A stretch of 64,000 nucleotides of DNA from a virus, in the IMG/VR virus record IMGVR_UViG_3300005573_000060, positions 32,001 to 96,000 of that record, one strand, 5' to 3'. A program made the translations under genes and the position numbers. Shown here piece by piece: positions 9,315-19,697 of this stretch. Numbering within the stretch: position 1 is the first letter of the stretch; the number at the start of each line of letters is the position of its first letter. The notes under the pieces are model-generated. The model was not told the origin of the DNA. It did no database searches and worked only from the letters and a program-made list of their open reading frames with translations.

Positions 9315-10220
9315 ATGGCAAAGAAAATTAAAAGTTCGAAGAAAATTGAAGAAGAACCTAATTTTACAGGTACAACTTTGGTTCCAATTGATCAAAATGA
9401 ATTAACAAAAGAAATAATAAGTAATTCTTTTGTAGATAAACTTGTTAATATAGTGTATACTGATGCAAAAATAGTACATATTGAAGATCGTAGGTATGGA
9501 AGCAAAGATATACATCTATCTGATTTTAAAGCATCTTTTAAAATTACAAAAAAGCAATTAGAAGAAATAAGTTCTGCTATGGGACCAATGGATGAAGATA
9601 AGATAGCTTATGATGTTCTAAAGAATGAAATGATATTAAGTGTGAATAAAATTGTAGCAGACTATATAGAAAAAATTGCTTATCAGAATTATAAAAACGA
9701 ATTTTCTTTTACAGATAATCTTAAAGAACGTTTATTTAAATTATTTAAAAAAGAATATGTTAAAATTAAACATTTTAATAAAAATAATGATATTTTATAT
9801 GAATTCTCTCATTTAGAATATAAGAATACTAATCTTCTTATCAATAAATTTGAACAATATGAAAATTCTTATTTTATTTTATGCGACACTCAAACATTTT
9901 CTTATTTAAATACTATGAGCAGTTTTATGAAAATTGATGAAAAAAGTTTACTTAATAGTATTAAAAGAGGAAAATTTGCTTACTTTGATGTTGTATCAAA
10001 CACATCTATTCCGCAAAATTATAATTATAGTAAATTTTTATTTGGTTCTAAAAATGAATGTGTTAAACTTTATGTGTGTCCTCAGGGAACTAGATTAGAA
10101 AAAATAATGAATGATAAAGAAATAACTTATTCATTAAATATGTCATTTTCTTTATACAAAATTAGTGATGATGCAGATTCATTATATAGATTAATTAATT
10201 ACAAAAATGATAACCTATGA
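9315..10220 (+). CDS. Diverged major-capsid-protein paralog (gp23/gp24-like)
   Basis: Segments align by eye with the MCP in this window: FKITKKQLEEISSAMG..DVLKNEMILSVNK vs INVTLEQVQDLNKQWG..AGINELSQSINK; YFILCDTQTFSYL vs NFIVTNLKIATAL; GKFAYFDVVSN..FLFGSK vs GTIAGMTLYVD..VLVGRK. Confidence 0.5.
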   Translation: MAKKIKSSKKIEEEPNFTGTTLVPIDQNELTKEIISNSFVDKLVNIVYTDAKIVHIEDRRYGSKDIHLSDFKASFKITKKQLEEISSAMGPMDEDKIAYDVLKNEMILSVNKIVADYIEKIAYQNYKNEFSFTDNLKERLFKLFKKEYVKIKHFNKNNDILYEFSHLEYKNTNLLINKFEQYENSYFILCDTQTFSYLNTMSSFMKIDEKSLLNSIKRGKFAYFDVVSNTSIPQNYNYSKFLFGSKNECVKLYVCPQGTRLEKIMNDKEITYSLNMSFSLYKISDDADSLYRLINYKNDNL

Positions 10221-10501
10221 ATAATTTAGATCTACGAATAAAATATAAATTTGATAGTGGATTATATCCAGTTTATCCATGTAAAAATAGAGGAAACGTA
10301 TATAAAGGTTTGTTAACAGATGAGTACGCAAAATGGATGGAAGAATATATCGACGTTAAACTAACAACTGATTTAAGGTTACAATTTTTAAGAGACACTG
10401 GTTCTTATGCAACTTATCTTAAAGATGAAGAAAAAAGAATCATTGGTTACAAAAAAGCGTATAAAGAATGGCTAGAAAATATAATATGTAAAATTAAATA
10501 A
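10217..10501 (+). CDS. Hypothetical protein
   Basis: 94-aa ORF with ATGA overlap. Confidence 0.55.
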   Translation: MNNLDLRIKYKFDSGLYPVYPCKNRGNVYKGLLTDEYAKWMEEYIDVKLTTDLRLQFLRDTGSYATYLKDEEKRIIGYKKAYKEWLENIICKIK

Positions 10502-10503
10502 AA

Positions 10504-11238
10504 ATGAGAAATTTAATAAATGAACGCTTTGATAAAGTTGTATGCATTTCTTTAAAAGAAAGAAATGATAAATATGTTCATTCAGTTGAGCAATTTAAAA
10601 AACATAATATTGAAGTCGAATTTTTTAGACCGGTTATACCAGGATATGCCTCGAAGTTTATAGAACTTTATGCTGATAAATATAATAGATATGATGTAAA
10701 TCATGTTTTATTTAATAAGCATTTTCCCAATGAACTTGGAGCAATGCAATCTCATTATTATGTTATTAAATCTGCATTGTTAGATGGAGCAAAAAGCATA
10801 TTTATATTTGAGGATGACTGTGTATTTCATAAAAATTTTGATGAACTTTTACCCATTTATTTTAATACTATTCCATCCGATGCGGATGGCATACTTTTAT
10901 ACTCTTATATGTCTAAACTAGAGCCTCAAAATGTCAGAGCTTCTGCGAGATGGACGAAAGGATATGCTAGCTGGAGTGTGATTGCGTATGGAATGAAAGA
11001 AGACGCAATGAAGAAATATATAGAATTACAAGATACACAGCCAATGATTTCTGATAAAGCTACATGGACAATGATGACACATCTTAATTATAATTTTTAC
11101 ATAGCAACACCTCCATTGATTATTCCATCCAAGAGTTTAACAAGCTCTATAAGAGGAGATAATAAAAATTATGAGAAGCCTATTTTTGCAGGAGGAAATA
11201 TATTCATGTTAGGAATTAATCCAAATGATTACGAATAG
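10504..11238 (+). CDS. Glycosyltransferase family 25-like
   Basis: VVCISLKERNDK, NELGAMQSH, IFIFEDD. Confidence 0.75.
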   Translation: MRNLINERFDKVVCISLKERNDKYVHSVEQFKKHNIEVEFFRPVIPGYASKFIELYADKYNRYDVNHVLFNKHFPNELGAMQSHYYVIKSALLDGAKSIFIFEDDCVFHKNFDELLPIYFNTIPSDADGILLYSYMSKLEPQNVRASARWTKGYASWSVIAYGMKEDAMKKYIELQDTQPMISDKATWTMMTHLNYNFYIATPPLIIPSKSLTSSIRGDNKNYEKPIFAGGNIFMLGINPNDYE

Positions 11239-11256
11239 TTAAATTTTTATTTTAGA

Positions 11257-12108
11257 ATGGATACAATAAAAGTCTGGTTTACAGATTTCTGGCCTGAATG
11301 GAATAGTGAAGATTTTATAACACCTATTTTAAAAAGACATTTTAATGTAATTTTAGATAAAAATAAACCAGACGTTTTATTTCATTCTATTTTTAACTCA
11401 ATGAGAGATACACCGAACTATAATTGTAAAAAAATATTATATTTGGGAGAAAATCATAGAGCATCCAATTTTAAATCAGATTATACAATATCATTTGATC
11501 CTCATACTGAAAAAAATTTCAGATTACCTTTATGGCAAGTTTACATATTATTAAAACCTGAATTAAAGAATCGTTTATATAACAGATTAAATTATAAAGA
11601 GCAGGAATTTGAAAGATGGTGTGCATTTATCGTCTCCAATCCATCAAACTTTATCAGGAATAGCGCTTTTTCATATCTTAATTCTTATAAACATGTGAAT
11701 TCGTATGGAAGATTTATGACAAATGATTTTTCTTTACAAAATATTTCACGAAATAAATATTGGAGAGATGCAAAAGATGAATTTTTTCTGAAACATCCTC
11801 ATAAATTTATGATGGCATATGAAAATACTCCTTATAGATATTATTGTACAGAAAAATTAATGGATGCATTTCTTGTGGGTTCTATGCCTATTTATTGGGG
11901 TGATCCAAAAGTTAGTGAAGACTGGAACAAAGATGCATTTATAGATGTTACGAAACAAGAAATTGATATTGTTAAAAGTATTGATAAAGATTGGAAGAGA
12001 TTTGAAGAAATGTATAAACAACCTGTATTTACAGAAGAACAAAAGAAAAAACACGAAGATAACATGAAGAATTTTGAAAGTTGGTTAATTAATAAAGTTG
12101 AAAAATGA
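11257..12108 (+). CDS. GT10 alpha-1,3-fucosyltransferase-like
   Basis: FIVSNP..R, SYG, KFMMAYEN..YYCTEKLMDAFLVGSMPIYWGD fucosyltransferase motif. Confidence 0.85.
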   Translation: MDTIKVWFTDFWPEWNSEDFITPILKRHFNVILDKNKPDVLFHSIFNSMRDTPNYNCKKILYLGENHRASNFKSDYTISFDPHTEKNFRLPLWQVYILLKPELKNRLYNRLNYKEQEFERWCAFIVSNPSNFIRNSAFSYLNSYKHVNSYGRFMTNDFSLQNISRNKYWRDAKDEFFLKHPHKFMMAYENTPYRYYCTEKLMDAFLVGSMPIYWGDPKVSEDWNKDAFIDVTKQEIDIVKSIDKDWKRFEEMYKQPVFTEEQKKKHEDNMKNFESWLINKVEK

Positions 12109-13967
12109 ATATCATAATACCATTAGGCGGAAAAGGAAAGAGATTTTCGGAATTTGGTTATACACAACCAAAACCTCTTATAAAAGTTCTCGGAAAAGAA
12201 ATTTTATTTTGGGTAATTGATTGCCTCAAACTTAGCGAAAATGATAAAATTTATATTCCTTATAATGAAGAGCTTGATTATTATAATTTTGAAAATTATA
12301 TAAGAGCTAAATATTCAAATATAGAAATAAAGGCTATCAAAGATACTAGAGGAGCTGCAGAAACAATATATGAAGCTATAAAACAGTTTAATATTAAAGG
12401 AGAAACCGCAATAATTGATGGAGATACATGGTATGAAGATGATATTATCGAAAAACTTAAATTAATTGATTCGAATGCCGTCTTATATTTTATTTCAGAG
12501 GAAACTAATCCAATATATTCCTATATTCTCACGGACAACACAAGAATAATTGATATAAAAGAAAAACAAAAAATATCTAACAAAGCTAATACGGGATGTT
12601 ATTTTTTTAAATCCACAGAAAAATTATTAGAATATTTACAGAAAATAGATTTTGAAAAATCTACTCATGAACTTTATATTTCGCATGTTATCAAAAATAT
12701 GCTTGACTCAAATGAAAGTTTTGTAGCTATTCCGATTAATAAATTTCATATTTTAGGTACTCCAAAACAAATTATTCATTTTTCTGAGACCTTTAAAATT
12801 TCTCCAAAAAGATTTTGTTTTGATTTAGATAATACAATTGTTACATATCCGAAAATTGCCGGTGATTATACAAGTGTTGAACCAATATGGAGTGTAATTA
12901 ATGTAATGAGAAAATTAAAAAATAAAGGGCACACTATCATTATATATACCTCTCGAAGAATGAAGACTCATAACGGTAATGTAGGAGCCGTCATCAAAGA
13001 TATTGGAAAAATAACGATCGATACACTTAATAAATACAACATTCCTTATGATGAATTAGTTTTCGGAAAGCCTTACGCAGATTTTTACATTGACGATTTG
13101 ATGATTAATCCTAAATTAGACCTGAATAAAGAATTGGGGTTTTATTTAGATAATGTTAAACCTCGTCATTTTAATAAAACTTTTAGTGAGGGAACCTTTT
13201 TTATCAAGGAATCAAATTCAAACGAATATTCAAACAAAATAAATGCAGAAAAGTATTATTATGAGTGGGTAAATTCTTTTTCTCCAGAAAACATTAGGAA
13301 ATATTTTCCAAAAATATATCCATCTAAAGAAAACTCAATTAAAATAGACTTAATTGATGGGCTAACTTTTTCTTCTTTATATGTTAATGGTATTTTGACA
13401 ACACATCACTTACAATTATTAATTGATGCCTTAAAGCAAATTCATCAAGTAAAGGAAAATGATACTATTTATTATGACTATTACCATTATAATGAAAAAT
13501 TATTTGAACGTTGGAATTCTTTTGATTATGTAAATTATGGATTAAATTGGAACTTATTTAATGAATTGATTAATAAACTTAAAGATGTTTGTAAAAAAGG
13601 AATCAAAAGAACTATGATTCATGGAGACCCGGTTTTTAGTAATGTGCTTTTAGACAAAAACGATAACATTAAATTCGTTGATGTGCGAGGAATTGAGGGC
13701 AATACTTTTACGATATATGGACATAATCTTTATGATTACGCAAAAATATATCAATCTTTAACCGGATATGATGAAATATTATTAGACAAAAGAATTAAAA
13801 GATCGTACAAGGAAAATTTATTATCTTATTACGAAAACCTGTTTAGCAAAGAAGAATTAGAACATATAAAATTAATAACTGCGTCATTGTATTTTTCTTT
13901 GATACCACTTCATAATGAAAAAGAAAAGTATATTAAGTACGTAAAACTGTTTAAGGAATTGTTATGA
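12105..13967 (+). CDS. Nucleotidyltransferase + HAD phosphatase + APH/choline-kinase-like three-domain fusion
   Basis: IIPLGGKGKRF..PKPLI (NTase); FCFDLDNTI, FGKP.ADFYIDD (HAD); IHGDPVFSNVL..FVD..YDYAKI (kinase). Confidence 0.8.
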   Translation: MNIIIPLGGKGKRFSEFGYTQPKPLIKVLGKEILFWVIDCLKLSENDKIYIPYNEELDYYNFENYIRAKYSNIEIKAIKDTRGAAETIYEAIKQFNIKGETAIIDGDTWYEDDIIEKLKLIDSNAVLYFISEETNPIYSYILTDNTRIIDIKEKQKISNKANTGCYFFKSTEKLLEYLQKIDFEKSTHELYISHVIKNMLDSNESFVAIPINKFHILGTPKQIIHFSETFKISPKRFCFDLDNTIVTYPKIAGDYTSVEPIWSVINVMRKLKNKGHTIIIYTSRRMKTHNGNVGAVIKDIGKITIDTLNKYNIPYDELVFGKPYADFYIDDLMINPKLDLNKELGFYLDNVKPRHFNKTFSEGTFFIKESNSNEYSNKINAEKYYYEWVNSFSPENIRKYFPKIYPSKENSIKIDLIDGLTFSSLYVNGILTTHHLQLLIDALKQIHQVKENDTIYYDYYHYNEKLFERWNSFDYVNYGLNWNLFNELINKLKDVCKKGIKRTMIHGDPVFSNVLLDKNDNIKFVDVRGIEGNTFTIYGHNLYDYAKIYQSLTGYDEILLDKRIKRSYKENLLSYYENLFSKEELEHIKLITASLYFSLIPLHNEKEKYIKYVKLFKELL

Positions 13968-14623
13968 GAACTGCTGTATTATTAACAGGGCATACTCGAT
14001 CTTGGGATAAATGTGTAGATAGTTTTAAAAAATACATTTTAAAGCCTTTTAGCCCAGATATTTTTATTCATACGTGGCAAGAACCAAATATTCCAACTAA
14101 CAATAATAAAATTAATTACTTAAAAGTATATGATTTAAAAGAACTTCTTCCTATTAGTTATGTATCAGAATCATGGGAGAATGTTAGTGATGAATTAGAA
14201 AAAAGATCAAAATTTTTTACTCGAAAAAATCATTATGATGATCCAGTAAATACATTATCTCAACATCGAAAATGGTTTTTATGTAATGAATTGAAAAAAA
14301 TATATGAAAAACAAAATAATTTCATATATGATGTAGTAATTCGAACAAGAATAGATTTAAAATATGAAAATGAACTTCCAATTAATCTAAATTATGATAT
14401 AATTACCACACCCGAAGAATATTCTTTTAATATAATATCCGATGTCATGTGTATCACATCCTCCACTAACATGAACTTGTATTGCGATATTTTTAATAAA
14501 GAAGAAGAAATTTATACAAAATATGAAATACTATATAATCCGCATACGGTTTTAAAAAATTATCTTGATCACGTCAATTTAAAATATGAAAAAACAAAAT
14601 TAAATATTAAAATAGAAAAATGA
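13964..14623 (+). CDS. Putative glycosyltransferase-like protein (paralog of the next gene)
   Basis: AVLLTGHTR..DIFIHTW..YDVVIRTRID. Confidence 0.5.
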   Translation: MRTAVLLTGHTRSWDKCVDSFKKYILKPFSPDIFIHTWQEPNIPTNNNKINYLKVYDLKELLPISYVSESWENVSDELEKRSKFFTRKNHYDDPVNTLSQHRKWFLCNELKKIYEKQNNFIYDVVIRTRIDLKYENELPINLNYDIITTPEEYSFNIISDVMCITSSTNMNLYCDIFNKEEEIYTKYEILYNPHTVLKNYLDHVNLKYEKTKLNIKIEK

Positions 14624-15366
14624 AAATAGCGCTTTGTTTAAAGGGACAGCCTCGAAATTATGAAAAAGGATACGATCATATTAAACGAGAAATTCTTGAT
14701 AAATATGATGCTGATGTATTTGGTCATTGTTGGTGGGACAAAAATAAAATAGGCCAACCATATAGTACTGCGCCTTGGGCTTCAGGTAACTATACAATCG
14801 AAGATAATATACCTGAAAAATTATACAAACTTTATAAATTTATTGCAATTACATTCGAATCTCCAAAAACTTTTATTGCTAAAAGAGCTTATAATATTCC
14901 AAGAGATCCTGAAAAATCTTTTGATTCTTATAAGTCAAATTATTATTCTCAAAATAAAGTTCTTTCTTTAGTTAAAGACCATGAAAATGTTAATGGTGAG
15001 TATGATTGGCTAATAATAACACGATATGACATCGAAATTTCAAATTTTCCGAATCTTTTTGAATTAGACAAAGATAAAATTTATGTAGATCATTTTCACG
15101 GGAGTCGAAAATTTGTTTTTAACGACAATCTCTGGATATTTGGTAATCACAAATATGCTTTTATTGATATATACGAAAAATTCGATGAAGTGTATGATAA
15201 AATGATTAACATGCCGGAGAATTTTAAAAATATTATTAAAGGCACAGAATTAGAAACAGTTAAATATCTGGCGTCAGAAAATCACATATCTTTGCATTTA
15301 TTATTTAAAAATTTGTTAGAAAAAGTCATTACATTAGATAATTTTTCTTATAATATAATACGATGA
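14620..15366 (+). CDS. Putative glycosyltransferase-like protein
   Basis: ALCLKGQPR..DVFGHCW..YDWLIITRYD; same pattern as 13964-14623. Confidence 0.5.
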   Translation: MKIALCLKGQPRNYEKGYDHIKREILDKYDADVFGHCWWDKNKIGQPYSTAPWASGNYTIEDNIPEKLYKLYKFIAITFESPKTFIAKRAYNIPRDPEKSFDSYKSNYYSQNKVLSLVKDHENVNGEYDWLIITRYDIEISNFPNLFELDKDKIYVDHFHGSRKFVFNDNLWIFGNHKYAFIDIYEKFDEVYDKMINMPENFKNIIKGTELETVKYLASENHISLHLLFKNLLEKVITLDNFSYNIIR

Positions 15367-16304
15367 AAATAGCATTCCATACAAATCATTTAGGAATTGC
15401 AGGAACTGAGGTTGCTGTATTTGATTATGCCTTTTTCAATCAACAACTTTTAAACAATGAATCGATAATAGTTTCCAGATTAAATCCTGCGCAAGATGAT
15501 CCCGAAGTTATTGAAAAGTTTAAAAACCATTTTAAAGTTATTCAGTATAACGATTTTTCAGAAGTTGAAAAAATATTAGATGAAAATAAAGTCGATGTAT
15601 TTTATGCGTTAAAATCTGGTGAAAACGATGGCATAGTATCGAAAGGAAGAAAAAGCGTAATTCACTGTGTATTTGGAGAAACATATGAGCCCCACGGAAA
15701 TGTTTATGCATATATATCTGAATGGCTTTCAAAACGTATGAATTTTGGTATTCATCCCTGGGTACCTCACATGATTAATTTACCAGAAGAAGACGGAGAT
15801 TATCGGGAATTTTTAAAAATTCCTAAAGACGCAATCGTATTTGGAAGATATGGCAGTTATAAAACATTTGATATTACATTTGTTCATGAAGCGATTAAAG
15901 ATGTTATCGAAAAAAGAAAAAACGCATATTTCTTATTTGCAAATACTCAGCCATTTTTTATTCATCCAAGAATAATTTATCTTAAATCATTGATTGATTT
16001 ACGACAAAAGGTTAGATTCATAAATACATGTGATGCAATGTTGCATGCCCGAAAAAGAGGAGAAACTTTTGGCTTAGCATGCGGAGAGTTCTCAATAAAG
16101 AACAAACCAATTATAACTTATGGATTTTCTCCGGAAAGAAATCATCTCGATATTTTAAAAGATAAAGCTATTATATACTATAACAATGTAGATTTAATTA
16201 AAATCTTAAACACATTTGAGCCATCTCAGAAAAATTGGGATGCTTATTCTAAAGAATATACGCCCGAAAAAGTTATGCAAAAATTTAAAACAGTGTTTTT
16301 ATGA
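15363..16304 (+). CDS. GT-B (GT4-like) glycosyltransferase
   Basis: GIAGTEVAVFDYA N-terminus; DAMLHARKRGETFGLACGEF (E-x7-E motif). Confidence 0.75.
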   Translation: MKIAFHTNHLGIAGTEVAVFDYAFFNQQLLNNESIIVSRLNPAQDDPEVIEKFKNHFKVIQYNDFSEVEKILDENKVDVFYALKSGENDGIVSKGRKSVIHCVFGETYEPHGNVYAYISEWLSKRMNFGIHPWVPHMINLPEEDGDYREFLKIPKDAIVFGRYGSYKTFDITFVHEAIKDVIEKRKNAYFLFANTQPFFIHPRIIYLKSLIDLRQKVRFINTCDAMLHARKRGETFGLACGEFSIKNKPIITYGFSPERNHLDILKDKAIIYYNNVDLIKILNTFEPSQKNWDAYSKEYTPEKVMQKFKTVFL

Positions 16305-16951
16305 TATTCGATTATTTGACAAAATTAAGAGATCATGGCTTTACACCGTTAAATTTAATTGATATTGGCGCAAATAAAGGGGAATTTTCTCTACGTTGTA
16401 AACAAATTTGGCCCTTTTTAACGACATTTTATTTAGTTGAAGCTGATGAAGATAATCAATTTTATTTATCAACTACAGGTTTTCATATTTATAACGAGTT
16501 ATTAGGTGATGAAGATGGAAAAATCGTTACGTTTTACAAAACTAAAGATTCAGTGGGGTGTACAGGAAATTCTTATTATCGTGAAAAGACTGTTCATTAT
16601 ACAGATGATCATGTAATTCGAGTAAACAAAAAAATGATTACATTGGATACATTATTCAAAGATAAAGGCATTAAATTTGATTTTGCGAAATTAGATACGC
16701 AAGGATCTGAACTTGATATATTAAAAGGTGGCACACAAACTTTATCATCATGTAAATACATTTTAATTGAAGTATCTCTTAAATATTATAATGAAGGAGT
16801 TCCGTTAAAACATGACATCATAAACTTTATGAAGAATTTTTCATATAATAATTATGAAATACTTGAACAACATGTTTGGGAACATCCTGAGCCTGCGGGA
16901 GATATTAAAATTGGAGATGTATTTCAAGAGGATATAATATTTTTCAAATGA
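16301..16951 (+). CDS. FkbM-family methyltransferase
   Basis: IDIGANKGEF, EAD, ITLD, AKLDTQGSELDILKG. Confidence 0.85.
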   Translation: MIFDYLTKLRDHGFTPLNLIDIGANKGEFSLRCKQIWPFLTTFYLVEADEDNQFYLSTTGFHIYNELLGDEDGKIVTFYKTKDSVGCTGNSYYREKTVHYTDDHVIRVNKKMITLDTLFKDKGIKFDFAKLDTQGSELDILKGGTQTLSSCKYILIEVSLKYYNEGVPLKHDIINFMKNFSYNNYEILEQHVWEHPEPAGDIKIGDVFQEDIIFFK

Positions 16952-17631
16952 GTTATATAATTGTTATATCATTAAAACGCGCCTTAGAGCGTAGAGAAAA
17001 AATTGTTAATCAGCTAAAATCTTTGAATATTGAGGCTATTATAATGGATGCTGTTGATGGTCAAGAATTATCTAAAGATCAATTAGATAGAAAAATATGT
17101 TTGCCTGGTGGATGGAGATTTGGCGAAAAATTTATGCCAGGAGAAATAGGATGTATAATGAGTCATATTAACGCTCTTAAAATGGCGAAAATAAGAGATT
17201 GGCCATACGTAATCGTTTTAGAAGATGATATAACGATTGCGCAAGATTTTGAAAAAAGAATTAAATTGTTATTTAAACTTTTACCAACAGATTGGGAACA
17301 CGTGTATTTATCAGGTAAACCTAATATTATACCTCCTTCCACGTTGTTATTATTTCCTAATGTAATTAAAACTAATGGAGTTCAACAGACGCATTCTATG
17401 ATTATTAATAAAAACGCATATGATAAAGTTATTGAAAAATTAGAAAAATTTGAAACAGCTGCAGATGATGCATATATGGATATGATAGCTAAAAATGATC
17501 TTATTTCATATACGTATTATCCATTTGTAACTTATGCAAATTCTGATTATTCATATATTTGGAATAAAGCAGTAGGGCACAATGTTAAAAATGAATCTCG
17601 ATATTATTTTAAAGATAAAATATTTGAATGA
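16948..17631 (+). CDS. Glycosyltransferase family 25-like
   Basis: VISLKRALERR, DAVDG, GEIGCIMSH, VLEDD. Confidence 0.85.
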   Translation: MSYIIVISLKRALERREKIVNQLKSLNIEAIIMDAVDGQELSKDQLDRKICLPGGWRFGEKFMPGEIGCIMSHINALKMAKIRDWPYVIVLEDDITIAQDFEKRIKLLFKLLPTDWEHVYLSGKPNIIPPSTLLLFPNVIKTNGVQQTHSMIINKNAYDKVIEKLEKFETAADDAYMDMIAKNDLISYTYYPFVTYANSDYSYIWNKAVGHNVKNESRYYFKDKIFE

Positions 17632-17643
17632 AAGAGCTTTTAT

Positions 17644-18366
17644 ATGAAAAAAGTTTTAATTACATTTGGAGATAGAAAGTATTATAAAAGTATGGAATTA
17701 CTTGCTTCATCTGCGTTATCAGTAGGAAAGGTTGATGAAGTTATAACATACAAAAAAGAAGAACTAGAGTTGACTGATTTTTGGAGGAAAAATTCTTACA
17801 TACTTTCTAAACCTCGTGGCGCAGGTTATTGGATCTGGAAACCTCATATAATACTATTAACAATGGATAAATTAAAAGATGGAGATATTGTTATGTATAG
17901 TGACGCGGGTGTAGAAATTATTAGTGATTTAACACCTGTTTTTGATATTGCTGATAAAAAGGACAGAGTCGTATTTCAAATTGCCGGAAAACACAAAAAC
18001 AAAACATGGACAAAATTAGATTGTTTTGTGTTAATGAATTGCAATGAATCAAAATATTGGGAATCAATTATGACGACCGCATCTTACCATTTATGGAAAA
18101 AAACAGAAAAAAATATTGAATTTTTAAAAGAATATCAAAAATATTTAAGAGATCCGAGAATCGTAACAGATGACCCGAATATGTTTGGACCTAATATATT
18201 AGGGTTTAAAGACCATCGACATGATCAAAGCGTTTTATCTTTAATGACAATTCGAGATGGATTTGAAAGATTTAGAGACCCTTGCCAATATGGTAATGAA
18301 GAAATCAATGATTTTACAAATTCTCCTTATCCGCAATTAGTTAATCATCATAGAAAACAGTTATAA
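17644..18366 (+). CDS. Putative glycosyltransferase
   Basis: RGAGYWIWKPHII, VMYSDAG, DHRHDQSVLSL motifs; cluster context. Confidence 0.55.
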   Translation: MKKVLITFGDRKYYKSMELLASSALSVGKVDEVITYKKEELELTDFWRKNSYILSKPRGAGYWIWKPHIILLTMDKLKDGDIVMYSDAGVEIISDLTPVFDIADKKDRVVFQIAGKHKNKTWTKLDCFVLMNCNESKYWESIMTTASYHLWKKTEKNIEFLKEYQKYLRDPRIVTDDPNMFGPNILGFKDHRHDQSVLSLMTIRDGFERFRDPCQYGNEEINDFTNSPYPQLVNHHRKQL

Positions 18367-18367
18367 A

Positions 18368-19024
18368 ATGGATGCATTAATGAATATTTATAAAATGAAT
18401 AGAAAATATAGTCAAAGCGGTCAAGATGCTTTTGTACTATCATATTTTCAAAATAAAAGAAACGGCATTTTTGTCGATATAGGAGCAAATGATGGTGTTA
18501 AACTTTCAAATACTTACTATCTTGAAAAAGAACTGGGATGGACTGGTATTTGTTTTGAGCCTATACCCGCTATTTTTGAAAAATTAGATAAAAATAGAAA
18601 CTGTATAAAAATAATGGCTGGTGTTGCAGAAAAAGAATCAGTAGAAAAATTTATATATGTTGATGGGCCTTCTCATATGCTTAGTGGAATGTTAAAAGAA
18701 TATGATCCAAGACACCTTCAAAGAATACATAATGAAATTAATAGCTTAGGAGGAAAATTAGTTGAATTAGAATTAAAATGTGTTGTGTTAAATGATATTT
18801 TAGAACAATACAAATTTTATAACATTGATTACCTTTCTTTAGACACCGAAGGAAATGAGTTTAAAATACTTAAAACAATTGATTTTGATAAATTTAATAT
18901 TAAGGTTATGACTATAGAAAACAATTATAATGATAACGCGCAAACTGCTTTTGTTCAATCAAAGGGTTATTATTTAATGGGAAGACTGGAAGCTGATGAA
19001 GTTTTCATAAAAATAAAAAAATAA
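18368..19024 (+). CDS. FkbM-family methyltransferase
   Basis: YSQSGQD, FVDIGANDG..SNT, FEP, YLSLDTEGNE, IENN. Confidence 0.88.
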   Translation: MDALMNIYKMNRKYSQSGQDAFVLSYFQNKRNGIFVDIGANDGVKLSNTYYLEKELGWTGICFEPIPAIFEKLDKNRNCIKIMAGVAEKESVEKFIYVDGPSHMLSGMLKEYDPRHLQRIHNEINSLGGKLVELELKCVVLNDILEQYKFYNIDYLSLDTEGNEFKILKTIDFDKFNIKVMTIENNYNDNAQTAFVQSKGYYLMGRLEADEVFIKIKK

Positions 19025-19644
19025 TGGGTGTAACAAGGCAAAGTTTAGATTTTTTACAACAGTGGATTAAACCAGAATATAAATCTATCTGTGAGCTGGG
19101 AGATCAACAATTTATGAGTTGTTTTCCCTTTGAGGAATTTTCATATACTCGAAATTATTGGATTCGAAATGGATGGAGATATGTTTCTATTGATATTAAT
19201 GGGCGCGGTGGATCTTTGATGTTAGATATGAATGAAGATTTAGATATAGGTGAACAATTTGATGTTGTAACTGATTTTGGAACTTCTGAACATATAGCAG
19301 ATTTTTATATGGCATTTAAAAATGTTTCAAAGTTATGTAAAATAGGTGGAAGAATGATTCATATACTCCCTGCGAATAATCATTGGCCTAATCACGGTTC
19401 TTGGAGAGCACCAATATCCTTTTTTATTAAGTTAGGAAGAGCTCAAGAATATCTTATTCATACTATTCATGAAAATCCTACTAAAATAGGAGGAAAAGAT
19501 TCTGATCAAATATACGTCGTATACGAAAAAGAAAAAGAAAAAGAATTCGTATCTCGAGAAGAATTCAATTCATTTGGGCCAATTCTTAAATATCCAATTG
19601 AAATATACGAAAAGGGGAAACTGGGTGGTGGCAGAACATCATAA
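19024..19644 (+). CDS. Class I SAM-dependent methyltransferase-like
   Basis: ICELGDQ, SID, DMNE, FDVVTDFGTSEH, GGRMIH. Confidence 0.7.
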   Translation: MGVTRQSLDFLQQWIKPEYKSICELGDQQFMSCFPFEEFSYTRNYWIRNGWRYVSIDINGRGGSLMLDMNEDLDIGEQFDVVTDFGTSEHIADFYMAFKNVSKLCKIGGRMIHILPANNHWPNHGSWRAPISFFIKLGRAQEYLIHTIHENPTKIGGKDSDQIYVVYEKEKEKEFVSREEFNSFGPILKYPIEIYEKGKLGGGRTS

Positions 19645-19673
19645 AAAAAAGAGGAACTGAAGTTCCTCTTTTT
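19643..19673. terminator. Bidirectional intrinsic terminator between the glycosylation cluster and the capsid gene
   Basis: aaaaaaaagaggaact-ga-agttcctcttttt between convergent genes. Confidence 0.85.
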
Positions 19674-19697
19674 GTTTTATCTGTATGTTACAATCTA

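Noticed and set aside
3247-19644. Giant eukaryotic virus origin suggested by the SET domain and GT cluster
   Set aside because: gp23/gp21-like head genes, bacterial IF-1, Def, CorA, an OmpR-type regulator, bacterial tRNAs and intrinsic terminators indicate a bacteriophage
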